Below are positions 24,466-29,915 of a stretch of DNA of 29,915 nt, piece after piece (the stretch's first letter is position 1; the number at the start of each line of letters is the position of its first letter). The notes under the pieces are model-generated. The model did not search any database and was not told the DNA's origin. It was given only the letters and a program-made list of their open reading frames with translations. A program made the position numbers and the translations under genes. This DNA is from Candidatus Thorarchaeota archaeon (GTDB lineage Archaea > Asgardarchaeota > Thorarchaeia > Thorarchaeales > Thorarchaeaceae): NCBI GenBank assembly GCA_016839445.1, contig JAEOUG010000082.1, positions 1-29,915 on the forward strand, in the 5' to 3' direction.

Positions 24466-27400
24466 CTAGACATGTCAGGGCCCAGACTCCGCACCTGCTT
24501 TTCAAGAAGCGTTCATCCACACCCGTATTCCGCGTCCGAAGGTGTCTGGGTCCGGACACCCTGTCTCTCAGGGTTCTGATCTTTTTCGCAGTTCTCGTTC
24601 TTCTCCTCTTCAGTACACCATCACCCACCTCTCCTCCAAGTAAGTCACTTCTAGAACCAACCGTTCTCGACACACCTGTGGGTGCCGCTGACCCAGGGAC
24701 GCCAATAGACTTCGGGCATATCATAGTGCTGGAGTTGCACGGTGGAGACATCACTCCAAGGGGTACTACACTAGTCAATTTGCTGGAGAGCCAAGGTATC
24801 CCCTGTACGCTGTCCACCATGACGGACCTTTCGTCCTCTGTAGTGACTGCTGAAGCAGTGGTTCTCGATGGGAGCTGCGGCTCAGCATACGGCACCCTCT
24901 TTGCAGGTGGAGCACTGCAGGCGCTGAAGTCCAGTGGCTTGCCTCTCATTCTCGTAGGTCGCGCAGCTTGGCTACTGCACAGGCTTCGTGGCACCGGTCC
25001 CCCCTCATTGACCGCTCCGCTAGCAACGGCACTTGAAGAGCATCCTGATTTCAGCGGGGCGGTCTTCCTAGAGTACCCCCAAGACCTCATACTAGGCAGC
25101 TCACTAACAACAGAGGCGGGACTCCTCTTGCCCATAGATCAAGTACAGACCTCTGATTCGAGGCTGGTGAATCTCACCACATCGACATCAGATGTAATGC
25201 TAGCTCCCCTACGGTATGTTTCACTCCCTAACGATATCATGCTTTTCGGACCTGAGAATCCTTCACTTCTAACAGGTACCGGGGAAGGACTTCTAGCCAA
25301 TGCCATCTCGTTTTCTCTGGCTATCGGAGAATCCAGCGTGGCAAGTGCCATCGCTGCACAACAGGCAAGCGGACTGACTACTCTCTCAGGGGGGTTCGCG
25401 TATTCCCACAATCCGTCAATGGACGCAACCTATCATGCAATTCACGCAATCAATAGCCTGCTATCACCTACTGGCTTCGACACATGGCGTTTGACGAATG
25501 CTCCACTTGTTTCATCAATACTTGAGACGCTCCTCGTTGACCTAGGATCTGAGAGTGGATTCAGGTCATCACCCTACAATGCACTAACCTTGACAGCGAC
25601 CGCCCAAGGGCTCTGGCTGGTAAGCACAATGGGTTTGAGCTCATCCATCAACGAGGCAGAGATTGTGACCTATCTCGGCAACCGACAGGTCTCCGGCGGA
25701 TTCGGCGACAACATCATCGTGACGCATGCAGTAGTAGAGGCACTTCATGCTTCGGGAGATCTCGACTCAATCGATGTCGAAGCACTGGAGTCGTGGCTGC
25801 GAGGGTGTGTGATCACGGGATCTGACACGGGAGACCTCAATCAATGGGGTGGCATAGGCAGCAATCCGAACGGTGGCACAGGGCGCAACTCCTATGCGGC
25901 TGCATTCACTCAATCCCTCTGGAGCCTCGGAAAGGCCCATACCGACCCTCAAAAGTTGACAGAGTGGATTCAGAGCACTGCTGTTGGAGATGGCTCGTTT
26001 ACGGATAGCACTGGGCTTGATCAGCAGATTACGCAAGGCACCGCAGCGGCTCTGACAACCATGTCCTTGATGGGAACCCTCAGCAGCGGGAACAAGACCG
26101 CAGGTCTCATTTGGCTTGGTACGAATCAGCTTGAGTCAGGTTCCTTCGGAATCGGTCTGGCTCAGTATGACATCGTAGGGAAGACTCCGATCGCATCGGC
26201 TGTGGCGACAAGTCTTGAGAGAATGTCCGAGACCTCTGGAGCTATAGTCTCGGGCCTTCTGGACTACTGTAGTAGCATAACCACGGCAACGGGCTTCGAA
26301 CCAATGGAGCTGCTACCGTCTCTGATGTGGACGTATTGGATGGCCAGAGGGACTCAATTGAGCCACTCCCCTCTTGTTAGCCTTAAGGCTGCAAGAGAAT
26401 ATCTGGACCAGTTTGAGGGCTATGGATTCTCGATGTACCCTGGCTGGGGGAATCTTACCAAGAACACTCCTCCTGAGTATGCATATCAGCAGTACTATGA
26501 CAAGGGCGTTTGGGGCTACTACTTCGGCGTGGCCACCGCGTCAATAGCGGGTTGGGTCGTTTCTCCAGGGCTGAAGTCTGACATCTCCCTGTATCTCTCC
26601 CTTGCACAGACTTCTGGTGGTCATTTCCGGCCCTCCAGTTCTGGTACCGCCCATATGCAATACAGCGTCGCGGCAATCGAGGCTCTCTATCTTCTGGACG
26701 AGTTGGACACAATGTGGTACCGTTCCGCCCTCGAAACGTCAATACTCTCACGATACAGTGGTGGTCAGTGGTCACAGTCAGGCTGGAATCTAGAGCCCTA
26801 TGCTGGCTGCCAATCGGCAATAGACTTCCTGAGTACGAGAGCGGCCCTAAGACTTGGGCTCATCACGCAGTCCATGGCCACTGAAATCGAGTACGTGATT
26901 GATGCCAGAGTGCAGTACAATGACCTAGTGTCTCTGAGTTGGGACGTGGAGACTCTAACCCTGCTAGGGGCGGCCGGCTTCGGAGCGTCTCTCTCCGATA
27001 TCTCAGAGGATGCTGTCCTGACTGTACTGCAGTCCTCATTCTCCGGTGGATGGTACAACTCATCTGATCTCTGGCAGCCAGTGTTTACAGCCAGAGTACT
27101 CGAACTAGCCTCATCTCTTGGTCTCAGAGCAAGAATGTTCGACGTTCAAGGCGATACAATTTCCCTCACGCTGCCCACAGAGGTCTTCTCCGGTAACACC
27201 CTGGAGATTGGTGTGGCTGTTGGCTCAAGCACTGGAGGACACAGAGTTCTCGTCTTCGCTTTTGATGAATGCACTGAGTTCAGAGAAGTGCTGGCAACAG
27301 ATACCCTCTCAATCCCTGTCCCTGGGGGCCCCGGGTATCTGGGAAACCATAAGGTCTTCGTGATGCTTTCAGACTATGGTCAGGCTAAGGCCTTTGAAAT

Positions 27401-29915
27401 GGGAGCAGTTGATGTCCTTACCTGGGTGGACAGTCAGTTGACGATCGGTGGTGTGTCCTCTGACATGCTATACGGAGAGACCTCCGTCATCAGGGTTCAG
27501 CTGCTCGACGAATACTCGAACCCAATCTCAGGTGAGACCGTCGTAATCACAGCGACTTACCTGCCGGCCACAGTGGTCCTCCAGCAGGCCCTTGTGACTA
27601 ACTCATCGGGTCACGTTTCCTTGGTGTGGACTCCGACAAATCCCGGTGAATACTCGGTCGAGGCGGAGTATGCTGGGGCTGCGGGCACCGGAGCGAGTTC
27701 TGACATTGCCTTCACTTTTGTTCGAATTGAAACAGATGTCACTCTTGAATTGCCCGAGTATCTTCAGGTCGGGAGTCCCTCCTGGATGCTCATATCTACG
27801 ACTGGTCTTGACTCGCTGCCTGTCGATGTACAGGTCGAAGTGACAGTCCTTGGTCCGATGGGAGAATTGGTCTATCAGTCATCTGTCACAACATTCAACG
27901 GAGAAGCGAATGTGACATGGACGCCGGTCGTCAGAGGTGTGAACGATTTCACAGTGATGTTGACCCGACAGGTTTGGTTTGAGGAGTCGAGCACGGCGTT
28001 ATCGGCTGGTGTGTTTGAAGCTCCAAGCATTCAGGTTGAGTTCTTGGAAGAAATCGTGGCTCCTACTGACTCTACGGTTCTCGTTACGCTAACAGATAGC
28101 TCAGGTGCCCCCCTGGAGGGAATCACGGTTGACATCAGGCTCTGGCTCGATAGTGCCCTAGCTCTTGACATACAGCTGACATCGGCCTCTGATGGTACTG
28201 CTCTCTTTGAGATGCCCCTGGACTATCCGGGAGACTTGCTGCTGGTTGTTTCCACCGCAGCTGATGGATATCTTCTCAGCGAATCGGCAGAGGAATCCTC
28301 AGTGGTGCTTGGGCTGACTGCCATCACGATAAGCACGCCCGGCACACCAATCGAACAGGGGACGACACTCGGGATAACGGTAAGCCTTCGCGACTGGACA
28401 GATACACCCATGGTTGGGGCTAGTGTCACCATCTCTGTTTCCTGGGCCAATGGCACAGTCATAGAGATCGTAGGCTTGCTTACCGGCTCCGGTGGGACCT
28501 GTTCCATTGGGCATGAGTTCAGAGATGTTGGTGACTTCTGGATTGCAGCAGAGTACGTGGGAACGGAGCTCAATGCCTCGGTGGCAGCCGTTCGTGTTCA
28601 GAGAGTCCGTGTGACCCCAGACCTCCATCTAGCCCATGACCCCATATGCTTCGTCGAATCCGACACAGAGTTCGCTGTCGGCATCACTGACGCATATGGC
28701 AACTGGATACCAGGCAGAGTCCTGGTCCTCACGGTGGAGATGGCTGGTACAGCTGTCTACGAGGTGGCGTTCAGTTCGATAGAGGGGCTCCTCACAATCC
28801 ACTGGGTTCCCGAATCCAGAGGTCTTGTTGTCGTCACGCTTGAGCACGCAGCTGACCAGTTCTTCCTTGCCAACTCTACTTACACCACAGTGTCCGCCAT
28901 GACGCTTGTAGATGGCATGGTCGAGCTGGAGTCGGACGAAGTCGACATCTTCTCTTCTGTTGTTATCACCTATTCGCTGGTCTCCACTGGGGATGTAGAG
29001 GGCATTGAGGTTGTTCTCCAGGTTCTGGGTATGGATCTAGTTCCAGTGTGGACAACCAGCGGGCTCACTGATGCCAGCGGAGTACTCACAGTCAGCTATT
29101 CAGCACTCCATTGCCACGGTATTCTGCTAGTGGTCGCAGCACCGGCAGAAGACCAGTTCATGCTAGGTGGTGATGCACAGGTCTCGCTAAAGGTCTGGAC
29201 CGATGCTCACGTGTCCACACAGTTCACACCCTCTCCTCCAACCACTGGCACTGAGATAGTGGTTCTTGTCGAAGTGACGGATGACCTTGGAGGTGTAATT
29301 GATGGTCTCCGCTTAGCAGTCTCTGTCTACGATATCTACGGTGCAAGGTTGTTCACTCAGTACGTCGACACTACTGACGGTGCCGCCAGTGTTTCCTTCG
29401 TACCCTCCAAGTGGGGGGTATATCGAGTCGGCGTCAGTTCGACGGGCGGACAGACCATACACTCATTCGTTGTAGACCCTGACGAACACATGCACACAGT
29501 CTATTGCCCCACCGAGATAGCATTGCTCGTTGAGTCTGTCGAGATTGAGGTCGGCACGGCAGTGGTCATCAATGCTCGTCTCACCAACATCCTAGGCAGT
29601 CCTTTGGTTGGCATGGTGGTCAATCTGACAATTCATGGCGACACGATGATCGGGCCCGTTACACGCACAACGGACTCCGCAGGGATGGTCACGTGGACTG
29701 TAGATCTAGACGAACAGGGCTTCTGGGTCCTAGAGGGCGTGTTCTTCGGACTCGGCACCTATCTGCCTACGCTAGAGACCCTTGATCTGCACTCCTGCTA
29801 CGGAACCTCAATCACATTGGTTCTGAACAATGGTTCGGAGGTCGTTGCGGGAGTCACTCCATTGAATGTCAGCGTCCTCCTGGCGGACTCAGCTCTTAAC
29901 CCTCTAGAAGGTCGA
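24462..29915 (+). CDS. Giant secreted/surface protein (>1818 aa, incomplete): signal/anchor helix, prenyltransferase/squalene-cyclase-like alpha/alpha-barrel repeats, tandem Ig-like domains
   Basis: Not in ORF track. ATG 24462 gives MTRHVRAQ...RVLIFFAVLVLLLFS. Spot translations stay in frame to the window end: YLGNRQVSGGFG, WIQSTAVGDGSF, WLGTNQLESGSFG, then ~100-aa repeats VQLLDEYSNPISGETV, VTLTDSSGAPLEGITV, VSLRDWTDTPMVGASV, RLTNILGSPLVGMVV, VLLADSALNPLEGR. Confidence 0.85.
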   Translation, partial: MTRHVRAQTPHLLFKKRSSTPVFRVRRCLGPDTLSLRVLIFFAVLVLLLFSTPSPTSPPSKSLLEPTVLDTPVGAADPGTPIDFGHIIVLELHGGDITPRGTTLVNLLESQGIPCTLSTMTDLSSSVVTAEAVVLDGSCGSAYGTLFAGGALQALKSSGLPLILVGRAAWLLHRLRGTGPPSLTAPLATALEEHPDFSGAVFLEYPQDLILGSSLTTEAGLLLPIDQVQTSDSRLVNLTTSTSDVMLAPLRYVSLPNDIMLFGPENPSLLTGTGEGLLANAISFSLAIGESSVASAIAAQQASGLTTLSGGFAYSHNPSMDATYHAIHAINSLLSPTGFDTWRLTNAPLVSSILETLLVDLGSESGFRSSPYNALTLTATAQGLWLVSTMGLSSSINEAEIVTYLGNRQVSGGFGDNIIVTHAVVEALHASGDLDSIDVEALESWLRGCVITGSDTGDLNQWGGIGSNPNGGTGRNSYAAAFTQSLWSLGKAHTDPQKLTEWIQSTAVGDGSFTDSTGLDQQITQGTAAALTTMSLMGTLSSGNKTAGLIWLGTNQLESGSFGIGLAQYDIVGKTPIASAVATSLERMSETSGAIVSGLLDYCSSITTATGFEPMELLPSLMWTYWMARGTQLSHSPLVSLKAAREYLDQFEGYGFSMYPGWGNLTKNTPPEYAYQQYYDKGVWGYYFGVATASIAGWVVSPGLKSDISLYLSLAQTSGGHFRPSSSGTAHMQYSVAAIEALYLLDELDTMWYRSALETSILSRYSGGQWSQSGWNLEPYAGCQSAIDFLSTRAALRLGLITQSMATEIEYVIDARVQYNDLVSLSWDVETLTLLGAAGFGASLSDISEDAVLTVLQSSFSGGWYNSSDLWQPVFTARVLELASSLGLRARMFDVQGDTISLTLPTEVFSGNTLEIGVAVGSSTGGHRVLVFAFDECTEFREVLATDTLSIPVPGGPGYLGNHKVFVMLSDYGQAKAFEMGAVDVLTWVDSQLTIGGVSSDMLYGETSVIRVQLLDEYSNPISGETVVITATYLPATVVLQQALVTNSSGHVSLVWTPTNPGEYSVEAEYAGAAGTGASSDIAFTFVRIETDVTLELPEYLQVGSPSWMLISTTGLDSLPVDVQVEVTVLGPMGELVYQSSVTTFNGEANVTWTPVVRGVNDFTVMLTRQVWFEESSTALSAGVFEAPSIQVEFLEEIVAPTDSTVLVTLTDSSGAPLEGITVDIRLWLDSALALDIQLTSASDGTALFEMPLDYPGDLLLVVSTAADGYLLSESAEESSVVLGLTAITISTPGTPIEQGTTLGITVSLRDWTDTPMVGASVTISVSWANGTVIEIVGLLTGSGGTCSIGHEFRDVGDFWIAAEYVGTELNASVAAVRVQRVRVTPDLHLAHDPICFVESDTEFAVGITDAYGNWIPGRVLVLTVEMAGTAVYEVAFSSIEGLLTIHWVPESRGLVVVTLEHAADQFFLANSTYTTVSAMTLVDGMVELESDEVDIFSSVVITYSLVSTGDVEGIEVVLQVLGMDLVPVWTTSGLTDASGVLTVSYSALHCHGILLVVAAPAEDQFMLGGDAQVSLKVWTDAHVSTQFTPSPPTTGTEIVVLVEVTDDLGGVIDGLRLAVSVYDIYGARLFTQYVDTTDGAASVSFVPSKWGVYRVGVSSTGGQTIHSFVVDPDEHMHTVYCPTEIALLVESVEIEVGTAVVINARLTNILGSPLVGMVVNLTIHGDTMIGPVTRTTDSAGMVTWTVDLDEQGFWVLEGVFFGLGTYLPTLETLDLHSCYGTSITLVLNNGSEVVAGVTPLNVSVLLADSALNPLEGR

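Noticed and set aside
25300-27130. Active squalene-hopene cyclase or protein prenyltransferase
   Set aside because: Only structural QW-like repeats were seen, with no DxDD catalytic motif in the parts translated, and the context is an exported Ig-repeat protein.
24416-28847. Multiple short ORFs listed by the track on both strands
   Set aside because: Shadows of the single long plus-strand frame starting at 24462.
1-29915. CRISPR array, tRNA or rRNA genes
   Set aside because: No regularly spaced identical repeats or RNA-gene signatures were seen; nearly all the sequence is protein coding.

Overview
Archaeal chromosomal DNA, probably from an Asgard (Thorarchaeia-like) genome; the taxonomy is inferred from gene content only. 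Left to right: (i) a truncated Mre11/SbcD-type nuclease gene missed by the ORF track; (ii) a stand-alone 7-TM membrane protein converging on a GH3 acyl-amido synthetase + ThiF adenylyltransferase pair; (iii) a ~520-aa tandem Lrp/AsnC-like regulator, divergent from a 16-gene, ~16-kb translationally coupled operon (5935-21936). The operon interleaves recombination/repair enzymes with membrane proteins. The enzymes are a divergent full-length RadA, an XPD/Rad3 Fe-S helicase, a Hel308-like helicase with a SWIM Zn finger, two short RadB-like paralogs (one lacking Walker A) and a FEN1-like nuclease with PIP box and probable CTG start. The four membrane proteins include a membrane-anchored HerA/VirB4-like pseudo-ATPase. 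(iv) A second, paralogous regulator is divergent from a degenerate membrane metalloprotease-like gene and a >1818-aa surface protein (alpha/alpha-barrel repeats + Ig-like repeats, also missed by the ORF track). The two regulator/operon intergenic regions are homologous, sharing four motifs at an identical 17,896-bp offset. Best hypothesis (inference): a co-regulated cell-contact / DNA-transfer / homologous-recombination locus, possibly linked to a small-molecule signal. No rRNA, tRNA, CRISPR array, transposase or integrase was recognised.
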